Shown: positions 36,111 to 45,671 of the stretch, one piece after another | Layout of the letters: every line of letters begins with the position of its first letter | Position numbering within the stretch: the stretch's first letter is position 1 | DNA from: Gammaproteobacteria bacterium | GTDB taxonomy: Bacteria > Pseudomonadota > Gammaproteobacteria > Ga0077536 | NCBI GenBank assembly: GCA_019747795.1 | Contig: JAIEQK010000011.1 | Location: forward strand, 7,737-71,736 | DNA: 64,000 nt | Direction of reading: 5' to 3' | The notes under the pieces: model-generated | What the model was told of the DNA's origin: nothing | Databases searched by the model: none | What the model saw: only the letters and a program-made list of their open reading frames with translations | Position numbers and translations under genes: made by a program

Positions 36111-37856
36111 ATGGATGAAACGTCATCGTTCAACCTCAACGTGACGGAAGTGCTGAAGCGGCGACTTCCTATCGCATCGGTCGTGCTCGCCACACTGCTT
36201 TTCCTGACAATCGCCGCCGCGCTTGGTCTTCCATCGGTCTATACCTCCCGTGCCGTTATCCTAATTGAACAGCAGGAGATCCCCCAGGACCTTGTGCGTT
36301 CAATGGTCACTAGCTTCGCTGACCAGCGCATTCAGGTCATTTCTCAGCGTGTGCTAACGAATTCGAACCTTAGTTCGATCATCGAGAAATACGATCTATA
36401 CACTAATGACCGCGGTTCCAAGCCTCTCGAGACAGTGATAGAGACTATGCGCGAGGACATCGCGGTGACGCCGATAAGTGCGGACGTGGTCGATCCTAAG
36501 CAGGGACGCGCAGTTCAGGCCACCATCGCATTTGATCTTTCCTATCAGAGCGAGCGAGCGGAGACCGCGCAAAGGGTGGCAAACGAACTGGTCAGCCTGT
36601 TTCTAAACGAGAATCTCCGGCAGCGTCAGGAAACTTCCACGCAAACGGTGAATTTCCTGGCAGAGGAGAGCGAGAAACTGGGGCGGCAGGTCTCGGAAGT
36701 GGAGCAGAAGTTGGCGACGTTCAAGGAGCGTAACTATGACCAATTGCCCGAGATGCAGAGCATCAACATTGAGATGCGGAATCGCATGGAGGCTGACGTA
36801 CGCCAACTCGATACGCAAATCTCTTCGCTCGAGCAGCAGAGGGTGTATCTAGAATCGGAGCTCGCACAGCAGCAGCCTAATTCACTGCTGTACTCTGCGT
36901 CTGGCGAACGAGTCCTGAGCGCTGCGGATCGACTTAAGGTTGCTGAATCTGATTTCGCCCAACTGAGTGCCCGTTACGGCCCCAATCACCCGGACGTAGT
37001 GGCCCGTCGCAAGGAAATTGAAGCGCTGCGCAGCGAGGTGGCTGGCAGCGGTGACGGCTCTGAACTCGCGATTCGGCTTAAGGATGCTCGCGCCTCGCTG
37101 GCCGCAGCCCGTGAGAAGTATTCGGCCGACCACCCAGACATCAAGCGAATCGCACGCGAGATTTCGAACCTGGAGGAGCAACTGGCGAGAGCCAACACGG
37201 CAGCCCCGGCTCCGGTGCTCAATGTACTGCCTGACAATCCTGCGTATATCCAACTCAAGGCGCGTTTAGAGGCCACAGATTCAGATATTCGGTCCTGGCG
37301 AGCCCAGCGCGCTGACCTGCGCGCGAGGATTAGTGGACTAGAGGCAGGGCAGTCACGTGCTCCTGAAGTCGAGAGAGAGTACAGAAAACTCATGCGCGAT
37401 TACGAGGTGGCGCAGAGTAAGTATCAAGAGGTACTCGCTAAGCGACAGGAAGCCGAACTCTCTAGCAATCTTGAGAGCGAAAAGCAGGGCGAGCGCTTCA
37501 CGCTTATCGAGCCACCCGTGGTGCCGCAGAAACCGTCTAAACCCAACCGTGTGGCTATCGGTGCCCTTGGCAGTGTCCTAGCTTTCGTAGGTGGTATCGG
37601 CTCGGGGGCGCTCGTGGAGATGCTCGACCACCGAATCTACGGGCGTGCCGCAATTCAGCGCTTGTTGGGCGTGCCGCCTCTGGCGGTTGTCCCGAACATC
37701 AAGTCCGATGCCTCCCTTCGCAAGCGCAGACTCAACTGGATGCTTGCAATAGCGGGTGCCATTTTGCTGCTTGCGGTGGCCGCAATCTGCGTCCATCTCT
37801 TTTTTACACCATTGGACGTGCTGTTTTTCGTACTCACCCGCAAGCTTGGCTTCTGA
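36111..37856 (+). CDS. Polysaccharide co-polymerase (Wzz/GumC/Wzc N-terminal)
   Basis: N- and C-terminal TMs; coiled coil; Y.P.HPD repeats; IEPPVVPQKPSKPNR. Confidence 0.9.
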   Translation: MDETSSFNLNVTEVLKRRLPIASVVLATLLFLTIAAALGLPSVYTSRAVILIEQQEIPQDLVRSMVTSFADQRIQVISQRVLTNSNLSSIIEKYDLYTNDRGSKPLETVIETMREDIAVTPISADVVDPKQGRAVQATIAFDLSYQSERAETAQRVANELVSLFLNENLRQRQETSTQTVNFLAEESEKLGRQVSEVEQKLATFKERNYDQLPEMQSINIEMRNRMEADVRQLDTQISSLEQQRVYLESELAQQQPNSLLYSASGERVLSAADRLKVAESDFAQLSARYGPNHPDVVARRKEIEALRSEVAGSGDGSELAIRLKDARASLAAAREKYSADHPDIKRIAREISNLEEQLARANTAAPAPVLNVLPDNPAYIQLKARLEATDSDIRSWRAQRADLRARISGLEAGQSRAPEVEREYRKLMRDYEVAQSKYQEVLAKRQEAELSSNLESEKQGERFTLIEPPVVPQKPSKPNRVAIGALGSVLAFVGGIGSGALVEMLDHRIYGRAAIQRLLGVPPLAVVPNIKSDASLRKRRLNWMLAIAGAILLLAVAAICVHLFFTPLDVLFFVLTRKLGF

Positions 37857-37885
37857 GCCTCTTTCGAATCAATGGGATTTTTGCA

Positions 37886-38689
37886 ATGGAAAGAATCAAG
37901 CAGGCTCTAGACAAGGCGCGTCTCGAACGCACCAATGAGGTCTCACCGCCACGAGTTGCTTCTGTAGGGGGGGCGCAGGCGTCAGTTACTGCGATTCAGT
38001 ACTCTGAAACACAGGTGCAAATGCTGAATCCGGACGTACTGCGGGAGCACCGCGTGATTTGCGGCTCAGACGATGCCGGTGGCCTTACCGCGTACAAGAT
38101 GCTTCGAACGCAGGTCATGCAGCGCATGGCGGCGAAGGGTTTGAACGCCATTGCGATCACTAGTCCAGCGCCAGGAGACGGCAAGACACTGACTGCGATT
38201 AACCTCGCTATCAATCTCGCTCGAGAAGTTCATCAAACGGTGTTGCTGGTGGACATGGACCTGCGTAATCCATCTATCCATCGTTATTTCGGTCTCAAGG
38301 TTTCAAAGGGCATAGGTGACCTGCTGCTTCACGGCGCGCCGATGGGCGAGGTGCTAATCAATCCCGGCATAGAACGACTCGTAGTGTTGCCAGGCAGCGG
38401 ACCAGTTTCCAATTCGTCGGAACTGCTTTCGTCGCCGGCGGTAGGCGCCATGGTGCACGAACTTAAGGCGCGCTATCCCTCGCGCATTGTGGTGTTCGAT
38501 TTGCCACCCTTGCTTGCGGGAGACGACGCGTTGGCCTTCGCTCCCTATGTGGACACTTTCCTGATCGTCTTGCGGGAAGGGAAGACCACACGAGACGAAA
38601 TCCAGCACTCGTTCGAAATGCTCAAAGACGCCGATATTCTTGGGACCGTGTTGAATGCTTCTGAAGACAGAGTAGCCACTTATTACTGA
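37886..38689 (+). CDS. CpsD/CapB family tyrosine kinase
   Basis: ITSPAPGDGKT; LVDMDLRNP; FDLPP; terminal YY. Confidence 0.92.
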   Translation: MERIKQALDKARLERTNEVSPPRVASVGGAQASVTAIQYSETQVQMLNPDVLREHRVICGSDDAGGLTAYKMLRTQVMQRMAAKGLNAIAITSPAPGDGKTLTAINLAINLAREVHQTVLLVDMDLRNPSIHRYFGLKVSKGIGDLLLHGAPMGEVLINPGIERLVVLPGSGPVSNSSELLSSPAVGAMVHELKARYPSRIVVFDLPPLLAGDDALAFAPYVDTFLIVLREGKTTRDEIQHSFEMLKDADILGTVLNASEDRVATYY

Positions 38690-38697
38690 GTAGCATC

Positions 38698-39546
38698 ATG
38701 TACGAACGGCATTTCGGGTTTCGTGAACAACCCTTCTCGCTCACGCCCGACCCAGGCTATCTGTACCGTAGCAACAAGCACGCCTTGGCATACGCAATGC
38801 TCGAGTATGGAATTAACGGCAATTTTCCGTTGATACTCATTACGGGAGGAATCGGCACCGGCAAGACGACACTCATACGGCATCTGATCGACAACCTTCA
38901 GCATGAGGCGACGATAGGTCTCGTCACGCAGACGCATGGTGGATTCGGTGTTCTTCAGCAGTGGGTTAACTGGGCGTTCGGTCTCGAGCATGACCGACTG
39001 GACAAGGTCTCGCTATATCGCCATTTCGTCGATTTTATTGTGAGCGAATTTCGATCGGGGCGTCGAACCATTCTAGTCGTGGACGAAGCTCAGAATATGG
39101 ACGCACAGACTCTTGAAGAATTGCGACTGCTGACCAACATCAATGCTGACAAGAATCTGGTGTTGCAGATTGTTCTCGTGGGTCAATCAGAGCTCAGAGA
39201 AGTGCTAACGCGGCCCGGATTGGAACAGTTCGTCCAGCGCATTGGTTCAGACTTCCATTTGGACGCTCTTTCCAGAGACGAGACCTGCGCTTTCATCCGG
39301 CACCGCGTGGCGGTGGCCGGCGCGACGCGCAATCCTTTCGCGAGCGACGCGATGCTCGCGATTCACCACCATGCCGGCGGCGTGCCGCGCATGATTAATG
39401 GTATCTGCGACGCGTCTTTGGTGTACGGTTACGCTGAGGGACGCAGGCGCATCCGCGCCGAACTGGTGGAGCGGATGCTCGACGACCGGCGACGGCGTGG
39501 GCTGTTCGGTGCCGGCCGCGACACCACGCCGATCCCGGCGGCATAA
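38698..39546 (+). CDS. ExeA-like AAA ATPase (exosortase-system associated)
   Basis: MYERHFGFREQPFSLTPDP; GGIGTGKTT; VDEAQN; GGVPR.IN. Confidence 0.9.
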   Translation: MYERHFGFREQPFSLTPDPGYLYRSNKHALAYAMLEYGINGNFPLILITGGIGTGKTTLIRHLIDNLQHEATIGLVTQTHGGFGVLQQWVNWAFGLEHDRLDKVSLYRHFVDFIVSEFRSGRRTILVVDEAQNMDAQTLEELRLLTNINADKNLVLQIVLVGQSELREVLTRPGLEQFVQRIGSDFHLDALSRDETCAFIRHRVAVAGATRNPFASDAMLAIHHHAGGVPRMINGICDASLVYGYAEGRRRIRAELVERMLDDRRRRGLFGAGRDTTPIPAA

Positions 39547-39572
39547 CGTGTCTTGAATATCGGATAATCAGC

Positions 39573-40700
39573 ATGTCACCCAAGCGCATTCATCTCTGCA
39601 TCGTCGCCGGCGCCCGTCCCAATTTCATGAAGATCGCGCCCATCATCCGCGCAGTCGAGCGCCAAGCCGAGGTCTTCGACTACCGCCTGGTACACACTGG
39701 ACAGCACTACGATCGCGATATGAGCGACGTGTTCTTCGAAGAACTCGAGATCCCCAAGCCTCATTATCACCTGGACGTCGGCAGCGGCAGCCACGCGGTA
39801 CAGACCGCTAAGATCATGATGCGCTTCGAGGAGGTTTGTCTTGAGGCGCGCCCCGACGTGGTGCTGGTGGTGGGCGATGTGAATTCGACGCTGGCCTGTT
39901 CGATCGTCGCCAAGAAACTCGGCATCGCCGTGGCGCATGTCGAGGCAGGGCTGCGTAGTGGTGACATGGCAATGCCGGAGGAGGTCAACCGCATGGTGAC
40001 CGACGCGATCTCCGATTTCTTTTTCGTCACTGAGCAGAGCGGGGTGAGCAACCTCGAGCGCGAGGGCCATGCCGCAGCTAGCATCCACTTCGTCGGCCAC
40101 GTCATGATCGACAATCTGTTCCATCAGCTCGACAAGCTCGCGCACATGGACACGGGCGCCTTTCCGACCGCGGACTTCAAGCGTCGGCATGTGCGTTACG
40201 GCGTCGTGACCCTGCATCGGCCATCGAACGTCGATGACCCGGCCGCCCTCGCCGGCATCGTCGCGGGGCTGACCGCCATCGCGGCGGAGCTGCCCCTGAT
40301 CTTCCCAATACACCCGCGCACCCAGGCGCGCATTCGCGAGTTCGGTCTTGAGCTTCCGGCCGCCGTGGAGATGGTCACGCCGCTGCCGTTCATGGAGTTC
40401 CTCAATCTATGGAAGGACGCGAGTTGCGTACTCACCGACAGCGGCGGTCTGCAGGAAGAGACCACTGCGGTCGGCGTGCCCTGCCTGACGCTGCGTGCCA
40501 ACACCGAGCGGCCGGTGACTCTGGACGAAGGCAGCAACCAGTTGGTAGGCAACGATCCGGCGCGCATGATCGCCGCCGCCCGGGCAGCGCTGGCGAGCGG
40601 TCGCTCCGACAGCTTCCGGCGTCCCGCTCTGTGGGACGGTCAGGCGGCCGAACGCATCGTCTCGATCCTAGAGCGCGAACTGACTAAGGGCGGCGTCTGA
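39573..40700 (+). CDS. wecB: UDP-N-acetylglucosamine 2-epimerase
   Basis: GARPNFMK; HTGQHYD; HVEAGLRS; TDSGGLQEE. Confidence 0.95.
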   Translation: MSPKRIHLCIVAGARPNFMKIAPIIRAVERQAEVFDYRLVHTGQHYDRDMSDVFFEELEIPKPHYHLDVGSGSHAVQTAKIMMRFEEVCLEARPDVVLVVGDVNSTLACSIVAKKLGIAVAHVEAGLRSGDMAMPEEVNRMVTDAISDFFFVTEQSGVSNLEREGHAAASIHFVGHVMIDNLFHQLDKLAHMDTGAFPTADFKRRHVRYGVVTLHRPSNVDDPAALAGIVAGLTAIAAELPLIFPIHPRTQARIREFGLELPAAVEMVTPLPFMEFLNLWKDASCVLTDSGGLQEETTAVGVPCLTLRANTERPVTLDEGSNQLVGNDPARMIAAARAALASGRSDSFRRPALWDGQAAERIVSILERELTKGGV

Positions 40701-40713
40701 CCCGTCGCCTTCC

Positions 40714-42150
40714 ATGCACTTCGATCTGCTCAACATTGCGCTCGCCGTCCTGCTACTAGGCGGGCTGGTCGCGATTTTCACCCGGCCAGCCAACGCCATC
40801 TACGCTTACCTTATTGTGTTGTTTTTTTTTCCGAACGTGAGCTGGGGCGTGGCGGCGGGTGTCGAAGCGATGAATCTCTATCATCGCGGCACGGGATATT
40901 TCTATTTCTCCATCGTTAATCTCTATCTGTACGGACTGGTCGTCCTCGGCATCTACCTGTGGGGGCGGCATAACCCCGCGGTGGACGCCTGCAACATCCG
41001 CAAGTATTTTCTGTTCCTGCTGATGCTGTTCATGGTGCAGGTTCTGATCGGAACGATGGAAAACGTGCCGATAACGAAGATCCTTTCGGTGCGCGGCACG
41101 ATCAACACCGTGAATCTGGGTCTGTTCACCATGGTGCTCATCCGCGCCATCAACAGCCCTCGAGAAGTTCAGCGCCTCGCCTCGCTTATCCTGATGTGCG
41201 CCACGGTGCGCGGCATCTTCGGCATGGGCCGCTACCTGTTCTTTGGCGGCGACATCGCCAACGTCTACGACAATGTGCAGAAGCTCGGCATCAAGCTGAC
41301 CTTCTTCGATATCAACGACGGCCTGGTCGCCTGTCTGGCCGCGTTCATCGCCGCATGGCGTCTGTTCGACAAAGCCGTGTCGGCGTCGCGTAAGCCCTTG
41401 TACCTGGCGCTCGTGCTGCTCGAGATCGCGATCGTCGCGCTGTCCTATCGCCGCACGGGTTGGGGTGGCCTGGCGCTGGCGGCGGTGCTGTTCTGCTTCA
41501 TGCAGCCTGTGCGATTGCGGATTGCGCTGCTCGCCGGCGGCGTGGGCCTCGGCGGTCTCGGCCTCACTGCACTGATTGCAAGGCGGTTTGCCAAGCTGAG
41601 CCACGGCAAGGACGTCGGCGGCATGCTTTTCTACGACATAAAGGGCGTGAAGGACGGTCGCTTTGCCGAGCTCTACCAGGCTTTCCAAACGGTCGCCGAG
41701 CACCCGGTGTTCGGCGTAGGTCCCTGGGGTGGTTATGGTCCTGGGCCCGTGCAGCGAGAATTCATGCACAGCGGGTTCCTGCATATGTGGCTGAAGAGCG
41801 GGCTGGTCGGGCTGCTGCCCTTCATACTGATGTTCCTGGCATTCGCCTGGTTCGGCTGGTCCAGGCGGCGAGACGTGCCCTGGAGCCACCGAGACACTTT
41901 CGGCGCCGGAATGGCGGGCATCCTGTTCATGGTTCCGACGCTGTTCACTGGCACGCCGATCATTGAGTACCGCACCATGCAGATCATGGCGCTGTGCATG
42001 GCGCTGCCCTACCTGACCTACGGCGTTTTTCGCGGCGCCGCCACCACGGCGCAGGTGCAGCGTCTACCCTCCGCTTTTGAAGTCGCGCGACAGAAGCTTA
42101 TAGACGCCGAGCGGGGGCACGGCACTGGTCTCGCGACGAGACCGCTATGA
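40714..42150 (+). CDS. O-antigen ligase/polymerase (Wzy-like) membrane protein
   Basis: Multiple TMs; LSYRRTGW; HPVFGVG.G; HSGFL..W...G.VG. Confidence 0.8.
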   Translation: MHFDLLNIALAVLLLGGLVAIFTRPANAIYAYLIVLFFFPNVSWGVAAGVEAMNLYHRGTGYFYFSIVNLYLYGLVVLGIYLWGRHNPAVDACNIRKYFLFLLMLFMVQVLIGTMENVPITKILSVRGTINTVNLGLFTMVLIRAINSPREVQRLASLILMCATVRGIFGMGRYLFFGGDIANVYDNVQKLGIKLTFFDINDGLVACLAAFIAAWRLFDKAVSASRKPLYLALVLLEIAIVALSYRRTGWGGLALAAVLFCFMQPVRLRIALLAGGVGLGGLGLTALIARRFAKLSHGKDVGGMLFYDIKGVKDGRFAELYQAFQTVAEHPVFGVGPWGGYGPGPVQREFMHSGFLHMWLKSGLVGLLPFILMFLAFAWFGWSRRRDVPWSHRDTFGAGMAGILFMVPTLFTGTPIIEYRTMQIMALCMALPYLTYGVFRGAATTAQVQRLPSAFEVARQKLIDAERGHGTGLATRPL

Positions 42151-43664
42151 GCCGCGGCCTGCTTCGCAATTCGCTGAGCAATTTCGTCGGCGGCCTGATC
42201 CCCGCTCTTGCGACCCTGGTCACCGTGCCGGTGGTGATCGGTCACCTCGGTGCCGTTCAGTACGGCATCTTTGTTCTCCTGACCTCGGTGGTGGGCTACT
42301 TCTCCATGCTGGACATCAACGTGTCCGCGGGCTCGACCAAGTACCTGAGCGAATACCATGCGCGGGGCGAGCATCAGCGTGCTTCCGAGGTGGTGAGCTG
42401 CGGGGCGCTGATTTACCTGGCTATCGGTCTGGTCGGATGCATATGCCTATTCTTCGGCGCGGCTTGGGTGCTGCGCCGTTTCTTCGACCTGCCTGGGGAG
42501 TTCCGCGCGACCACCGTAACGGCGCTGGAGATCGGTGGAGTCGCCTTCCTGTTCGGACAGCTGCAGGCGTACCTGATCAGCGTGCCGCAGGCCCTGCTGC
42601 GCTATGACATCTCAGCGCGATACGAATCACTGTTCGGCGTTCTGGTCTCCGTCGTTACGATGGGCGTGGCCATCGCTGGTGGCGGGCTGGTGGCCATCAT
42701 GCTGGCGCGTACCGCGCTAAGCCTGCTCAACTGCGTGCTGCTCTTAGCCGCCGTGCGTTCGCTTATGCCGTTGCTGTCCTGGCGCCTGCCGCCTCGCGGA
42801 ATGGTATCGGCCATCTTGTCCTTCAGCGGCTTCGCCTACCTGAGCCGCATCGCGGCGGTGACCTACCAGAACGCCGACAAGCTCATAATCGGGGCGCTCG
42901 CCGATATGCGCTCCGTCGCGCTCTTCTCGGTGCCGTTCATGCTGGCCAATCGTGTGTTTGGCATGGTGTATCGCCTCGGGCACGCGCTTTTCCCTCTGAC
43001 CAGCGCGCTCGCGTCGCAGGGAAGGCAGGACGAACTGCGTGCCACCTACCTGGTCGCGACGCGCTACATGGTGTACCTGAACGCATGCCTGTGCGTATTG
43101 CTCTGCCTTTTCGCGCGGGAAGTACTCCATTACTGGGCCGGTCACGAGTTCGGCGTGTCATCGGCGCGCATCCTGACCCTCGTTGCGCTCGCGGTGTTCA
43201 TCGATTCCCTGACCAATCTGCCCTCGCTCGTCAACGATGGCCTCGGCCGACCGCGTAATACCGGGTTGTTCGCGGTGGCGCGCGCCGCGCTGGCGGTAGT
43301 CGCTGTATATGCGCTGGTGCTGGCTTACGGCGTCGAAGGCGCGGCGGTCGGGCAGCTCGCGACGTCCTTCCTGATGGCGAGCGGCTTCCTACTCTACGTG
43401 CACGAGCGCACCGTGCCGGTCTCGCTGTGGGCCACCGTGCGGGAAGCCTACGGACCTGCCTTCACGGTGTTGGCGGTTTTCATGCCGCTGGCGCTCGGCC
43501 GCGTCGGCGGGCCGCCCGCTGGTCCGGTCACCAGCGCCGCGCTGATCCTCGGCACCGGCCTGGTCCTGCTCGCAGTGGGGTGGCTGTGGGTGCTGAACGA
43601 GCACGGCCGCCGCCTGGTGCTGGCGCGCCTGCGCGCGGTCTATGGCCAGGCCGTGGTCGAGTGA
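42147..43664 (+). CDS. Polysaccharide flippase (Wzx)
   Basis: RNSLSN; LGAVQYGIF; DKLIIG; about 12-14 TM. Confidence 0.88.
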   Translation: MSRGLLRNSLSNFVGGLIPALATLVTVPVVIGHLGAVQYGIFVLLTSVVGYFSMLDINVSAGSTKYLSEYHARGEHQRASEVVSCGALIYLAIGLVGCICLFFGAAWVLRRFFDLPGEFRATTVTALEIGGVAFLFGQLQAYLISVPQALLRYDISARYESLFGVLVSVVTMGVAIAGGGLVAIMLARTALSLLNCVLLLAAVRSLMPLLSWRLPPRGMVSAILSFSGFAYLSRIAAVTYQNADKLIIGALADMRSVALFSVPFMLANRVFGMVYRLGHALFPLTSALASQGRQDELRATYLVATRYMVYLNACLCVLLCLFAREVLHYWAGHEFGVSSARILTLVALAVFIDSLTNLPSLVNDGLGRPRNTGLFAVARAALAVVAVYALVLAYGVEGAAVGQLATSFLMASGFLLYVHERTVPVSLWATVREAYGPAFTVLAVFMPLALGRVGGPPAGPVTSAALILGTGLVLLAVGWLWVLNEHGRRLVLARLRAVYGQAVVE

Positions 43665-43669
43665 GCGCC

Positions 43670-44902
43670 ATGCGAGTCCTGTTCGTGACTGAGGACCTGC
43701 CCACCCGACACGCGGGGGGCGCCGGCAAGCACGCGATGCTGCTCGCGAACGCCCTGCTCGAAGCTGGGCACACGGTGGAACTGCTCGGCCGCAGTGATGT
43801 GCCGGGATACGACGGTTCCTGCGAGTTCCGCGGGCGTGTCCATCGCGCTTTCGATTTCGGGCGCACCGGCTGGAAAGAACGACAGTCCGGTGTCTTCAAC
43901 CCGCTACGCCGCCATCACATGGCGCGCCGCATCCGCGACGCGGTGCGGGCGCTCGGCGGCACCTGGGACGTAGTGCACTACCACGGTCATCTCCCCGAAC
44001 TGGGTGCTCAGCTTGGTCAGGACTTCAATTTCGTCCACACAATCCATGATCGCGGACTCGAGTGCATGACGGCACTGCGCCTCTACGAGAGCCGCCCCTG
44101 CACGGCAATGGAGGCCGCCACCTGCGCGCGTTGCGCGACAGACGCGCCGAACGCGTTGCAGAGGAGGGTGAGTGCGATGAGCGTGGAACTGCGGCGGGGC
44201 GCGGCGCACCGCGTGCTTGCCCGGCACCGCGTGATCTTCGTCTCGCGATTCCTGCAGCAGCGCACGCTCGAGGCGCTAGGCATGGCGGAGGACTGTCAGT
44301 CGACGGTGGTGCACAATTTCATCGATGCCCGCCATATCGAGACGCTGCTGGCGGTGCGACCGCCGGCCCGCGCTGCTGGCGAGCGGCTGCGCGTGTTTAC
44401 CGCCGGCCGCATCGACGAAACCAAGGGCTTCGGCGAGATGCTGGCACAGCTGGACGACGACACCGTGCGGCGGCTCGAAATCCGCGTCGGCGGGCTGGGC
44501 AAGGACCTCGAAGATCTGCGCCGTCGCCACGAGCGCCGCGGCGTCAGATTCCTGGGCTGGCTCGACTATCCGCAGATTGTGCACGAACTTGCGGCCTGCG
44601 ATGTCGCGGTCATGCCGTCTGTGGTGGAGGAGGCGTGCAGCACCTTCACCCTCGAAGGATTGACGGTCGGACGCCCAGTGTATGCGCTGCGACGCGGCGC
44701 GACGCCCGAACTGGCGGTCTACGCCAGCGCGCCCGGGCAGCTCGCGCTGTTCGATGACATGCCGTCGCTGGCCGCGGCGCTGGGGCAGCTGTCAGGCGCG
44801 CAGCCAGCGCGGCCGCTGCACATGCGCGCCGACGTGCTCGCGCGCCTGCCGGAGATCCTGTCCGTATATCAGGCGCGCGAACACGCGGTGCGCTCGCCGT
44901 GA
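43670..44902 (+). CDS. Glycosyltransferase family 4
   Basis: MRVLFVT..GGA; AGRIDETKG; MPSVVEEAC..LEG. Confidence 0.85.
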   Translation: MRVLFVTEDLPTRHAGGAGKHAMLLANALLEAGHTVELLGRSDVPGYDGSCEFRGRVHRAFDFGRTGWKERQSGVFNPLRRHHMARRIRDAVRALGGTWDVVHYHGHLPELGAQLGQDFNFVHTIHDRGLECMTALRLYESRPCTAMEAATCARCATDAPNALQRRVSAMSVELRRGAAHRVLARHRVIFVSRFLQQRTLEALGMAEDCQSTVVHNFIDARHIETLLAVRPPARAAGERLRVFTAGRIDETKGFGEMLAQLDDDTVRRLEIRVGGLGKDLEDLRRRHERRGVRFLGWLDYPQIVHELAACDVAVMPSVVEEACSTFTLEGLTVGRPVYALRRGATPELAVYASAPGQLALFDDMPSLAAALGQLSGAQPARPLHMRADVLARLPEILSVYQAREHAVRSP

Positions 44903-45660
44903 AGTTTTCCGTCATCACCGTCTGCTATAACAGCGCGGCCACGCTGCCGGAGGCCATGCAGTCGTTGGCGGCGCAGCAGATGCAGGATTACGAGTGGGTG
45001 GTTGTCGACGGCGCGTCATCGGACGGCACCCAGGATATTGCGGCGAGTTTCAGCGGTCCGCGCGGTGCTTTTGTCAGCGAGCGCGATGGTGGTATCTACG
45101 CGGCGATGAACAAAGGCGTGAGCCTTGCGCGCGGCGAGTTCTTGTATTTCCTGAATTCCGATGATCGGCTGTCAGACGCGCAGGTGCTGGGAGATGTCGC
45201 GGCCACGCTCGCCGCGCGGCCGGAGCTCGAGCTGCTCTATGGCAACGTGATCTACATCAAGCCGGACGGGCGCGTGTTGCGGCGCTTCGACCATATCGAC
45301 CGCGGAACCCTGCGGTTCGAGGATCTGTGCCACCAGGCGGTATTCGCGCACCGAGAGCTGTTCGAGCGTCTGGGCGGCTTCAACGAACGTTTCCGCACCA
45401 ACGCCGATTACGACTGGCTACTGCGGGTCTTCGCCAGTGGTGCTATGACGGCATGGACCGATCGCACCGTGGGAGAATTCCGCACCGGCGGGGCGCACAT
45501 GCGCGACTTGCCCATGGCCATGGCCGAGCGGCGTGCCGTGCGCCTGCAGTACATGGGGAAAGCCGCGCTGGCCTGGGGTGATTTCCGCCGCCGGGTACGT
45601 CATCGACTTCACATCCTGCGCCACGGCCATCGGCCGGGCCAGGTGCCACTACCTACCTGA
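44899..45660 (+). CDS. Glycosyltransferase family 2
   Basis: SVITVCYN; VDGASSDGT; GIYAAMNKG; FLNSDD. Confidence 0.92.
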   Translation: MKFSVITVCYNSAATLPEAMQSLAAQQMQDYEWVVVDGASSDGTQDIAASFSGPRGAFVSERDGGIYAAMNKGVSLARGEFLYFLNSDDRLSDAQVLGDVAATLAARPELELLYGNVIYIKPDGRVLRRFDHIDRGTLRFEDLCHQAVFAHRELFERLGGFNERFRTNADYDWLLRVFASGAMTAWTDRTVGEFRTGGAHMRDLPMAMAERRAVRLQYMGKAALAWGDFRRRVRHRLHILRHGHRPGQVPLPT

Positions 45661-45671
45661 CAGGCATCGCC

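Noticed and set aside
37967..37973. G7 tract in the tyrosine kinase gene as a phase-variation site
   Set aside because: Too short to be unusual in a GC-rich genome.
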